Shown here piece after piece: positions 12,758 through 23,649 of a stretch of 64,000 nucleotides of DNA. Position 1 is the first letter of the stretch. Each line of letters begins with the position of its first letter. Source of the stretch: Asterias rubens. Lineage: Eukaryota. Location: contig NC_047066.1 in assembly GCF_902459465.1 (NCBI RefSeq), positions 11,098,001-11,162,000 of the forward strand, written 5' to 3'. Under the pieces are notes generated by a model. The model was not told the origin of the DNA, did no database searches, and worked only from the letters and a program-made list of their open reading frames with translations. Position numbers and translations under genes: made by a program.

Positions 12758-13528
12758 ACACAGTGTGATCTCAGTGTGTTTAATGTGTGGACCAACTATA
12801 TTCAAACCACACACCATTCACACAGTTGTCACAGTCTGGGAGTGGTCACACTGTGAAATGATCACCATGTGAACACAGTGTGATCTCAGTGTGTTTTCTG
12901 TGTGGACCAACTATATTCAAATCACACAGTTTTCATAGCCTGGGAGTGGTCACACTGTGAAATGATCACCGGGTGAACACAGTGTGACCTCAGTGTGTTT
13001 TCTGTGTGGACCAACTATAATCAAATCACACGTCAATCACACAGTTTTCATAGTCTGGGAGTGGTCACACTGTGAAATGATCACCATGTGAACACAGTGT
13101 GATCTCAGTGTGTTTTCTGTGTGGACCAACTATATTCAAATCACACAGTTTTCATAGCCTGGGAGTGGTCACACTGTGAAATGATCACCGGGTGAACACA
13201 GTGTGACCTCAGTGTGTTTTCTGTGTGGACCAACTATAATCAAATCACACGTCAATCACACAGTTTTCATAGTCTGGGAGTGGTCACACTGTGAAATGAT
13301 CACCATGTGAACACAGTGTAACCTCAGTGTGTTTTCTGTGTGGACCAACTACATGTACAGTGTATGTTCAAATCACACATCATTCACACAGTTTTCATAG
13401 TCTGGGAGTGGCCACTGTGTGAAATTGTCACCATGTGAACACAGTGTGATCTCAGTGTATTTTCTGTGTGGACCAACTATATTCAAATCACACAACATTC
13501 ACACAGTTTCCATAGTCTGGGAGTGTCA
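12758..13528. repeat. Minisatellite, ~7 units of 102-128 bp, in a DEPDC5 intron
   Basis: Unit cacagtgtgatctcagtgtgttttctgtgtggaccaactat...gggagtggtcacactgtgaaatgatcacc; 219-bp dimer repeated. Confidence 0.93.
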
Positions 13529-13711
13529 CTTAAGGGAGTTGTTTCTCAGAATGTTGCCCGTTACCAAGTAAGGTTTAATGCTAACATACATGTATATTTT
13601 GAGTAAATACCTAATGTGTACAGTGCCTTTGTGTTCAACTTAAAACAAGTTCTCAATTTTAATTATCCAAATCGAAAAAATAAAAAAAAATGGTGTTAAG
13701 TATGTGCTTAC

Positions 13712-13773
13712 CAAGAGTAGAGGTACTGGATGAGGAGGTTGCTCTGCCAGACAAACCAAGTCACTCCCAACAC
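13712..13773 (-). CDS. DEPDC5: DEPDC5 exon: [21 protein letters not shown]
   Basis: Aligns to [24 protein letters not shown]/GTAAG, phase 1/0. Confidence 0.93.
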
Positions 13774-14229
13774 CTGCAGCAAATTTACAAACAATGGACC
13801 TGAATAGTTGGCTTGAGAGGTATTTACACAAGATTGCTCAGGATAAAAAAACACCCTTTAATTTTAGTCTACAAATGACTGTAAATGAAGTTCATGCTAA
13901 AACCATTTATTTTGTAAAATATATCCCTGAGAAATGAAGCAATGTTCAAGAACCGCCAGGGCAAATCACAAGTGCTTAAACATTAAAAAAAAAGAAACAA
14001 ATAAAAAATGAGTGATTTTAAATCTAACTCTTGCCGTATTCTATCTATTCACTTAAAATGTGCAGGCGCACAAAATAAAGACATCTGCAATCAATCACAC
14101 ATCAATTTCTGAAGTACTTTCTGGCTTTACAAGTCCAAGTCACTTGCAGTTCAAAGGCAAGAATTAGATGCAGCCAGTGTCCAGGACGAGAACTACAAAA
14201 ACAGCACCTGCCTCATCAAATATTTGTGG

Positions 14230-14594
14230 TTAAAGGGACACGTTGCCTTGGATCGGTCGAGTTGGACCGTGTAAAAAATGTTTTGAAACTGTTTGTTACA
14301 AAATGCTGGGTTAGAAAGATGTTTAAATTTAGAATATAACAATCGACACAAATATGCCTCAAAATTGCATGGTTTTCCGTATACGTCGAGAACTAGAACA
14401 GCGCGCCATTCATAAAATAACAGACCGTGTTAGTTTGCAAAGTGAAAGGAAAACAACGCAATTTCAAGGCATATTTGTGTGGGTTGCTATATTCCACTTT
14501 TAAAACATCTTTCTAACCATGCAATTTATAACGAACAGTTTCAAACGCTTTTCATGGACCAACTCGACCAATCAAAGGCAACGTATCCCTTTAA
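14230..14594. mobile_element. Kolobok-type MITE family B (ttaaaggga(c)acgttgccttggat...)
   Basis: TIRs + TTAA; homologs at 38415 and 41217. Confidence 0.82.
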
Positions 14595-14600
14595 ACTTAC

Positions 14601-14735
14601 CATAATCAATCATACGATGCTTGGTGATATCACACAGTGTTCTGTCCACGTGGAACACGCCAGCACCAGGCGTAATAATTTCAACCACTTGACCCGTCCG
14701 ATCAAAGTTTCTGTTGACGTAGTGATTGTCAAATA
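14601..14735 (-). CDS. DEPDC5: DEPDC5 exon: [45 protein letters not shown]
   Basis: Strong match to [32 protein letters not shown]...TKQRMID; CAG/GTAAGT, phase 1/1. Confidence 0.96.
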
Positions 14736-15448
14736 CTGTGAGTGGGGTGGACAGAGAAGATGGATGCTTTAAAGTGTTAGGTTATAAGTGCCACTTGGGG
14801 ATTACATATATCTTGAGAAAAGACATCTATCACACTTCAGCTTATCCCCCTTAAACTATGCAGCTATAGGGACCTTGGCATGCTTAGGGCTCAATTTAAT
14901 ATAGCTGCTTAAAGCAGAAAGACAGTTCTCTAAAGGAAAAAACTCTACCTGGCAAGTAGATACACACATGGTGTTATCGCGAACCAAAGAAGTTTTTTTC
15001 TTCTTCATATTTCCCAGTGTCACAGGGTACATCAGCACTAACAAAACTTGCTAAGCACACAAACAAATTGCTAAGCAAAATTAGGCTACCATTGCTGGTG
15101 TGACTGGTACCCCGCTCATTTCTTGCTTAGCAAAGAACTTTGCTCAGCATAATCTTCTGCTAAACAGCTTTACTGGGCCAAGGGGTAGGCTAGCCTGGGT
15201 AGCTGAAGCTAATTATTAGTTTGCCTAAATGTGTCTGTTCTTTATTTTGGTTTCATGACAGTTGTCCTATCAGTTTGTACACAATGATACTGGTAGAGTT
15301 TTGTTCTGCATCCTTTTAACCAAATCAAGTTTTGATACATTAATCTATAAAATCTTATACTCCCTATAATTTTTGCATTGCCTCATCCAAATTAAACGGG
15401 GATTCAAAGATCCTCCTTTGTTGACATGAGTATAATCTATGTACTGAC

Positions 15449-15529
15449 CGTTGAGTGACATGTTGATTGCTTCTAGTAGATTACCATCGGCTGCCTTAGA
15501 GTTGTAGCCTTTTGGAATTCTATCATCTG
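15449..15529 (-). CDS. DEPDC5: DEPDC5 exon: DDRIPKGYNSKAADGNLLEAINMSLN
   Basis: Aligns to [26 protein letters not shown]/GTCAG, phase 1/1. Confidence 0.93.
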
Positions 15530-15554
15530 CTGGAAGAGAAATTCACAACTTGCT

Positions 15555-15920
15555 TTAAAGGCACTGGATATGTTTGGTAATTGTCAAAGATCAGTCTTCT
15601 CACCTGGTGTATCTCAACATATGCATAAAATAAAAAACCTGTGAAAATTTGAGCTCAATTGGTCGTCAAAGTTGCGAGGTAACAATTTAAGAAAAAAACA
15701 TCCTTGTCACACAAAGTAGTGTGCTTTCGGATGCTTGCTTTTGAGACCTCAAAATCTAATTCTGAGGTCTTAAAATAAAATTCGTGGAAAATTACTTCTT
15801 TCTTGAAAACTATGTTACTTCAGAGGGAGCCGTTTCTCACAGTGTTTTATACTATCAACCTCTCCCCATTACACAATACCAAATGAGGTTTTATGCTAAT
15901 ATTTATTTTGAGTAGTTACC
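15555..15920. mobile_element. Kolobok-type MITE family A
   Basis: Left TIR + TTAA, family body. Confidence 0.78.
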
Positions 15921-16301
15921 AAGTAAGTACACAGGGGGTTTTGAAATACATAAACGGAAAGCTCTTCTTGAGGGACATCATAGAGTGTGACAAAGCAGGA
16001 GAAAACTTGTTTGGGTCATTCCATGTCAGACCAACAAACTTGTTTACCTTATGTCTTCAGTGGCATAAGGTAAAAAGGTCTGCAGTCTGCGGGTGGGATT
16101 TGAACCCACAACCTCTGCCATTCTTGAGTAGTGTCTAACCAACAAGACCACTGAGAATGCCTGGTAGTCAGAGGCAGTTTGAATCCTATTTCTTTGGAGA
16201 GTGTCGACTATGCAAAGGCCGAGTTCGGGCGGTGTGTTCTTGTATGCTCCAGAACAAGTACATGTACAATCGCTGTTCACGTTTCATCCGCTACACGAAG
16301 G

Positions 16302-16624
16302 TTAAAGCCCTTATACACTTTCGGTACAGAAGGTAATGGTGAAAGACTTCTCCTGAAATATTAGTCCATGAAATGATTTACTTTTTGAGAAAACATTTAA
16401 TCAATATCAATTCTCGTACGCGATAATTACGGATTTATTTTAAACACATGTCATGACACCGCGAAATGTGCGGAAACAAGAGTGGGTTTTCCCGCGAATT
16501 TCTCCCAACTCCGATGACCGATTGAGCCTAAATTTCACAGGTTTTTAATTTTATATATAAGTTGTGATACACAAACTGTGGGACTTGGACAATACTGTTT
16601 ACCCAAAGTGTATAATGGCTTTAA
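16302..16624. mobile_element. Kolobok-type MITE family C
   Basis: TIR aagcccttatacactttcggta / tacccaaagtgtataatggctt; TTAA both sides. Confidence 0.75.
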
Positions 16625-17257
16625 ATAGATCACCACAAAAAGTGATTCGGTACTGGACATATGACTTCGCGACAGATCAGTCAAATAGGATGTTTTTTAA
16701 TAGTTGGAAACAGGAGAAAAAAAAGACCAAACTTTCAAGCTTTTTCTTTGGGATGACGATTAACTTTCAACTTATCAAAATTAACTGTAACAATCTATTT
16801 GAGAGTCATTTTGCATCTAATTAACTTATTCTCTTGATGTTGTGCTGCCATTTTGTAATGTGTTGTTCCTGAAACCCCAGATGAAAGGTGGTGTGTGATC
16901 TTGTTCCGAGTGAATCATTCTCGGGTCATGTTCTTATCGTTCTGGTATTAGAACAGCGCACACGGGCCAAGAGCACACCGCCCGAACTCAGCCATCAAGG
17001 GAAATTTGCAAACTCCCACAAGGGGCTATAAACACCAAGCTGGCAATAGCCAATCTCTCTCATCATTGCTATAGCGTCTATGATTATGAATTGCACAAAT
17101 CAAGAAACTGTGATCCAGTAACTAGACAACAATACTTATTTTAGTTGTTGTGAAATCAGCAGTTAGCTTGTGGATTCGAACCCAAGCCTTTGTGATTGCC
17201 ATTCCTGCAGTCTAACTACTAGACCACAGTGACCCTGTGACTATGAAAAGTGTTTAC

Positions 17258-17364
17258 CTGCTTGATGGCATGAACTGATGCTCTGATTGTATTGCCACAT
17301 AATCTGTTTGAGTGATGCCAGCATAGGCATCCAGTCATCGCATCTCTCATTATGAATCATGACC
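17258..17364 (-). CDS. DEPDC5: DEPDC5 exon: VMIHNERCDDWMPMLASLKQIMWQYNQSISSCHQA
   Basis: Hand translated (not in ORF track); aligns to [27 protein letters not shown]/GTAAA, phase 2/1. Confidence 0.9.
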
Positions 17365-17799
17365 CTGTGGTGACAAAAACCAAAGTAAAGCCCGGTTCAT
17401 ACTTCATGCGAATGTGAACCAATTTTGACATCAGAGCCATGTTTTCGCTGCAAATGTTTTGCAGGAGATGTGCACATTTCAACTGCTGCGAAATATTCGT
17501 TGCAAATTTGTGACGTCAAAATTCGTCAAAAGTATGAACCAGGCTATAGTCACAATTGAAAACAAAGTACAGCAATCGTACAAAAATTAACATTTAGCAT
17601 TTATTTTTAAAGGTAGGGTAAAAAAATTGCTAATGTGCAAAACTACCAGTCATAGATAGGCCACATTTTCCTGTGTCTATTTTATGAGCAACAGTTTGAA
17701 AACAACTGATGTAGTGGATATCTAAGTTGGATCACTGTGTCGTTTATGATGAACAAAAAAGTACTTGAATTTGTCAAATACAAGATCTGCTAAGAGTTA

Positions 17800-17928
17800 G
17801 GCTGTGTCCGAAGTTGCCGACTTCGGCTACAGCTACGGCTAGGGCGCGCGCGTCTACTATTCTTCAACACTGACAGACGCGCTGATCTAGCCGTAGCTGT
17901 AGCCAAAGGCGCCAATTCGGACACGGCC
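17800..17928. mobile_element. Palindromic PIF/Harbinger-type MITE (TTA TSD); decayed relative at ~41598-41730
   Basis: tta|ggctgtgtccgaa...ttcggacacggcc|tta. Confidence 0.7.
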
Positions 17929-18250
17929 TTACTCAATAATTATATGTTGTTCCATTGCAGTCTTTGTAACAAAAATCGACCCATGATTGTGGCCGTGCAC
18001 TAGTTTATTGGGCAAATCGTCATTAGTGCAGAGTACTTAGTTATGCAGGTATGGTGTTTGTAAAAAAAATTATACATGAGATTGATTTCATCACCCTAAA
18101 CCAACAACGTACCATCCCATCAACCCAAACAATATAGTCACCAACAACATATAACTATCAATATACGTGTACATCAAACTAGTAGTGAAAGGGCCAAACA
18201 ACTCGACATATTGTATTGTTTTACAGATTGCACTTAAAGTAAACAATAAC

Positions 18251-18625
18251 TTAAAGGAACAAGACACCTTAGGTAATTGTCAAAGCCAAGTCTGCTCACT
18301 TGGTGTATCTCAACATATGCATAAAATAACAAACCTGAGAAAATGTGAACTCAATTGGTCGTCAAAGTTGCAAGAGAATAATGGAAGAAAAAACACCCTT
18401 GTCGTAAGTTGTGTGCTTTCAGATGCTCGAATTTGACACCTCAGCTGAGGTCTCGAATTCAATTCAAATATTTTCGTGAGAAATTACTTCTTTCTCAAAT
18501 ACTATGCTACTTCAGAGGGAGCTGTTTCTCACTATGTTTTATACTATCAGCAGGTCTTCATTGCTCGTTTTTAAGTAAGTTAACAACTATTTTCAGTAAT
18601 TACCAATAGTGTCCAGTGCCTTTAA
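18251..18625. mobile_element. Kolobok-type MITE family A
   Basis: TTAA both sides, family body. Confidence 0.8.
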
Positions 18626-18662
18626 GGACCAAACCAAACACAATAAATAAAAAAAAACATAC

Positions 18663-18735
18663 CTGTAAAAATCCTCATAAATTCTACCGCTACCATCCAA
18701 ATGCAATGCACTCTGCATTTCTTCCGGAAACTCAT
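18663..18735 (-). CDS. DEPDC5: DEPDC5 exon: (N)EFPEEMQSALHLDGSGRIYEDFYR
   Basis: Matches DEFP...GRFYEDFYK; CAG/GTATG boundaries, phase 1/2. Confidence 0.93.
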
Positions 18736-18786
18736 CTGTACAAATAGAAAAATGAAATTTAGCATCAAAGTAAGCATGTTCTGTAA

Positions 18787-19080
18787 TGAATATGGTCAAA
18801 ACAATAACTAGGAGACTTGTCATCCTTACTCGCATCTAAGAGCCGAATTGCAAGGACACGGCCGTGTGTTCGAGAAGCAGGCATGCAAGGGTGCCTTTGG
18901 CAGCCAGCCACATCAACCCATTATGAACCACGGAGCACAGCCAGAGATCGAAAGTGTTTGGTTTTACCTCAGGGAGGAAAACCGGATTGTCTGGAAAACC
19001 CTTGTGGCACAGCAGAGAACCAACGCACATCTCAACTCACAAATGGCCCTGGTCGGGTTTCGAACCAGGGTCACCTTGGT
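18787..19080 (-). mobile_element. 5'-truncated SINE (family 3) flanked by a 19-bp target site duplication
   Basis: B box ggttcgaaaccc, ccggttttcctcc central motif; aagtaagcatgttctgtaa at 18768-18786 and 19081-19099. Confidence 0.72.
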
Positions 19081-19238
19081 AAGTAAGCATGTTCTGTAAA
19101 GAAATTGTTCAAAACCATAATAGTTTAACAGAAAACCCCAGAAATAAAGCTGCTGAGAGCTGCGAACAATGCAATCAGGGATATTTTGTACAACAATCAG
19201 AGTGATTTAATATATGAAAAAAAGATATCAGAGAGATA

Positions 19239-19625
19239 TTAAAGGCAGTGGACACTATTGGTAATTACTCAAAATAATTATTAGCATAAAACCTTTCTTG
19301 GTGACGAGTAATGGGGAGAGGTTGGTGGTATAAACATTGTGAGAAACGGCTCACTCTGAAGTGCCGTAGTTTTCGAGAAAGAAGTAATTTTCCTTGAATT
19401 TGATTTCGAGACCCCAGATTTAGAACTTGAGGTCTCAAAATCAACCATCTAAACGCACACAACTGCGTGTGACAAGGGTGTTTTTTTCTTTCATTATTAT
19501 CTCGCAAGTCCGATGACCGATTGAGCCCAATTTTCACAGGTTTGTTATTTTATGCATATATGTTGAGATACACCAACTGTGAAGGCTAGTCTTTGACAAT
19601 TACCAATAGTGTCCACTGCCTTTAA
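19239..19625. mobile_element. Kolobok-type MITE family A (near consensus)
   Basis: Perfect terminal repeats aaggcagtggacactattggtaatt, TTAA TSD. Confidence 0.87.
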
Positions 19626-20467
19626 GAATAACATTACACATTATAGGGACAACATTTCCAAAATCAAAAAGATTTTCAAGTTTGTGTATTTTCAGAGAAA
19701 TTTCTGCAGAATCAGGGAGAGTGAAGGTTCTGAAAGCAAATCGAACACCACTTTTAGATGTTAGTCAGGTGTTAGTTGGACAAAAAACATCCTCAATACA
19801 AGTTTTGTGTCGAAGATCTAAAATAAAAATTTAAAAAAAGGAGCCTTGTGTTTAATGGACATTGCAAGAGATGGACAGACTATACGTGTAAGTTATGTCA
19901 GATTTAAGTGCTTTGGCAACTACCACATGGGAAGAGGAGCAGATCAAGGGTGGCCAAAATATAAGATACAACAACCAACCAGTGAAGACTCAAACCTGAT
20001 GAGGACATAAGCCATAAGCCTTTTTGAGATCTGGCGGACACAATGCTACAACACTATAAGGTTTGGGTAAATTTTTGCGTACTGACCATAGAAATAGATT
20101 GTGTGTTATTCAGTGAAGTGCGCATTTTAGGCGACGAGGGAGTTTACACGTACATAAACCTAATGTCCACCAACATGGTGAGCGTGGCATAAGTCGCGTC
20201 GTGTGTGACGCGCGTATCACGTCCGCCATACCTCAAAAAGGCTTTTGCATGCTGGGCAGGAACATTTGGAAAGCCATCTCATGTGTAATGGAACCCTAGC
20301 CCAGATTGAACTCCTCCATTCCGCATTGACCTTCTACCAAGGTTAATGGAAACCGTGGAATGAATGAATACACTTTTATGTAAAGAAATACTGTTTTAGT
20401 GAAAAGAATAAATGTAAAAATATTAATCAAATTTTATCAATCGAAATAAATAAAAAAAGCTCCTTAC

Positions 20468-20599
20468 TTAATGACTTAGCTTCATAAAATGTTCTTGAAA
20501 ACAAGACCAGCGTCAGTTCACTGTTGATGTTTCTCATCTTCCATTGACTAAAAAGCTCCGTTAGAAAACCATTCACCGCTTTCTCGATGTACAGATCTC
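20468..20599 (-). CDS. DEPDC5: DEPDC5 internal exon, most 5' exon found (SABA domain): [44 protein letters not shown]
   Basis: Matches the DEPDC5/Iml1 motif [13 protein letters not shown]...VLFSRTFY; polypyrimidine tract + CAG acceptor, GTAAG donor; phase 1 in, phase 1 out. Confidence 0.95.
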
Positions 20600-20726
20600 C
20601 TGTATAAATCAAAGAATACAAAAGAGGGAATACAAGTGAATAAATTCTGTTTCATTTCAAATTCAGTTTTGCTAAAACTCAACATTACATGACCTCGGTG
20701 CCGCCTTATTCTAGGATCTAAACCTT

Positions 20727-20795
20727 TTGTTTGTTTGTTTGTTTGTTTGTTTGTTGATGCATTTGTTTGTTTGTTTGTTTGTTTGTTTGTTGTTT
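20727..20795. repeat. (GTTT)n microsatellite
   Basis: Direct inspection. Confidence 0.95.
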
Positions 20796-22366
20796 TTTTT
20801 GATAAGACAATCTCCACAGAGTTTTTTAAAATACAACAAGTGGACAAAAAACAAAAATAAAAACAATAATAATAACCAGCTTTTATGTTGTGCTTTTCAC
20901 ACCCGAAGGGCGTCTCAAAGCACTTCCAACATTATTACCCCTGGTCACTGGGTCTTAATTCATTTCTGAAACCATCTCAGCTCCCTATGGAGTATACAGC
21001 TTGTACGACAAATATGCACTACTCGGCTAAACTCACATCTCTGCCCTTACATGTACACATTTACCCCCTGGGTGTAGAGAAGCTGCAATTAAGTGTCTTG
21101 CTCAGGGACACAAGTGTCATGGCCGGGACTTGAACCCATAATTTGCTGAACAGAAGCACCAGACACACTTCGATAAATACAAGTAGCATAAAAGACATAG
21201 AAAATCTGAGGAAATGTACAGGGAAACACAAATCTTCTGTGCAATCACCTGAAATACAAAACTACAGGTTTGAATACTGTGCGGATTATTGCTGTCTCGT
21301 TTTGGTGATTGCTCTAGTTTTTCCCACACAAAATTAAGGCTCAATAGCAGATCATGTGTAAACAGGGGGAAAACTTTAGTTTCCCAGGCACAGATACATG
21401 TAGGCAGACAGCGTGAACTCTCGTCACATGAGCAAGGCATCCAGGGGCAGAAAAATAAATGTTGTTGTGAAATCCAAGGAACAAAGTTGTTCAGTGCAAG
21501 TTTTGTTTTAGTTGCATGGTGTGTTTCACGAACACTTTCAAAACCTATTATGTAACCAAAGGGTAACTACAATCTTGTTGTCCCCTACAGATAAACAAAA
21601 ATTGTCCCCTGATAAACAATTTCCAAACCAAACCGAACAAAAATTACAAAGAAAGCAAAATGGGTCATTTCGTGTCAATTCAACGCGTTTTTGGACAGGA
21701 CCGTCACAAATTTAAATACAATTTGGTGAGCTGATTTGACTCATTGAAAAATTTCATTTCAAACCATGTTGACCATTTCCAAAAAGCGTGTCCAACTGAC
21801 CTGAAATGACCCAAATAAAATAAAAAAATCGAGGAGAACTTAATTGACATTAAATATTCACAGCCATCTCCCTGGCCTTGCAATGAATCTTCATTACAGC
21901 AGACTATCTGACAGTAATTGCAAAAACAAATTTTCGTTAGATAACAATGCTCTAGACACACATGCTAGAGTTGACATTTTTTAAAGAAGGCAAGCAAGTC
22001 CAACCTTATTCAATAGCAGGCATGAAACATTGTTAAAACAAGTTGACACTACTATTGAAAGGAAAGCGAGTCATTGCAATTAATAAACTATAAGTCAACA
22101 AAATTTAAAAGCACAAGAAGTAAAAAGAAATTGACAAACTTAATGAATGATGGACTTCAAACAATTTCTTGACAGTTTATCTGCACACTTGAAAAGGTCA
22201 ATTTAAGACTTTTTAAAGACTCCTTTGATGCCGCCTTAAACAGCGTTTAACATATTTAAGATTTGGTTTGTTTTTGCACACTTCATACATTTTTTTAAGA
22301 ACTCAAATAACTGAATTTAGTATACGTCAAATTTATTCTCTGGGCTTTAAACTTTGACAGTTTAAT

Positions 22367-22854
22367 TTAAAGGGTGGCTGCAGTTTTTTAATTTTTATTT
22401 AAACGATTAAACATGACTTTTTAAACCTGAAATATGTTTTTATTTTTTTTATTTAATGCGCAAGTATTTGTAAAGTGGTTTTCAAGAGATTAGGGGAACC
22501 CAACCGCCCCTAAAAGGGAGCCTTCATGTGACGTCATGTCGGGAACCCGAGCCGTCGGGCCCCCTGGCTGTGTGCATATAGAGACGTGTGCATTGTGTGG
22601 CCTGGTGCCTAGGCGCCTGTAGTTAGGAACCAGACTCTTTTTGCCGACGATATGTTTGAATTCCCGACGTGACGTCGATGGTAGGGGGCGGCAACAATCC
22701 ACAAAAGGGGGGGCATGACTTATTCGCTAATTACGCAAGTGAGATATGTCGGGGAAAAACAAAACACATTTTTATTGATGTTCAATACATATATCAGAAA
22801 TAAATGACAGCAAAATTAACTGTTTTATTTTAATTCGCTGCAGCACCCCTTTAA
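22367..22854. mobile_element. Kolobok-type MITE family D (GC-richer core)
   Basis: ttaaagggtggctgcag...ctgcagcacccctttaa. Confidence 0.72.
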
Positions 22855-22933
22855 GACTTTTTAATACTTTTTCAGTATCCACAGAAACTGGAGAAAAGTG
22901 TCAAATTTGTTTTGCCCTTAACCAGTTACTTAC

Positions 22934-22943
22934 TGATTGACAG
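22934..22943 (+). promoter_or_regulatory. TGATTGACAG (Pbx-Meis/Prep-type decamer) in a conserved block upstream of GPCR1; homologous (T/A)ATTGACAG at 26255, 29303 and 32608
   Basis: Motif kept at the same position in an alignable upstream block of copies 1-4; function is inferred. Confidence 0.35.
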
Positions 22944-23649
22944 AGCACAACCTTAACTAGATTATAATTATAGGCAATGCATCAACACTTGATTGTGATC
23001 AAACAAAACCCCATTGCTGTTAGTGGTTCAATGCAGTCTTAATTTTAGATAAAGCACACTGTGGGCTAATCTTCTGAAGTAGAGCAGATACAACTGCTGG
23101 CTGTACCAGACTCTTCTCGTTATAAATCTTGTACATGGAGGTACGGTTGTACAAGTCAAGACGGTACACTTCTTTGTGGTTAGTCTGAGACGAAGTTAAC
23201 ACATGCCTCTCTATTCAACTCAATTTTCTGTACATCAAAAAGCAGACATGCAGAAGATCAGAGAAGGTATATGGAAACCGAATAATGGTGAATGAAGATT
23301 TTCAATGATTTGAAGATTTTTACAAAGAGAACCATGGTGTAAAGATATCATGAGTGTTTGGATTTTTGAAGACGATAACAAATTTGTGTCAGACATCTGA
23401 AGAACAGCATACAACAACATAAAGCATCTTGCTTTTTAAACTGGACTAAAACAGAAGCAAAACAGTCTTTCAACTTATCCACAAATTGGAAAGGTAGTTA
23501 CTGCTGATGTAATTTTTCTATGTTTGTATTCTTGAAGCCAAATCCCTGCAAGACATCTTCAATGCACCTTGAAAATATATACTTCTTCTAAGCTGAATGT
23601 TCAGTGACGACTAGATTTTACCAATAAACTTTGCGAGGATAAAGACAAC

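Noticed and set aside
16820-16960. Possible extra DEPDC5 exon (also 4560-4690, 11520-11760, 1780-1860)
   Set aside because: Flanking exons already join in phase with continuous homology; no DEPDC5-like translation or good splice pair
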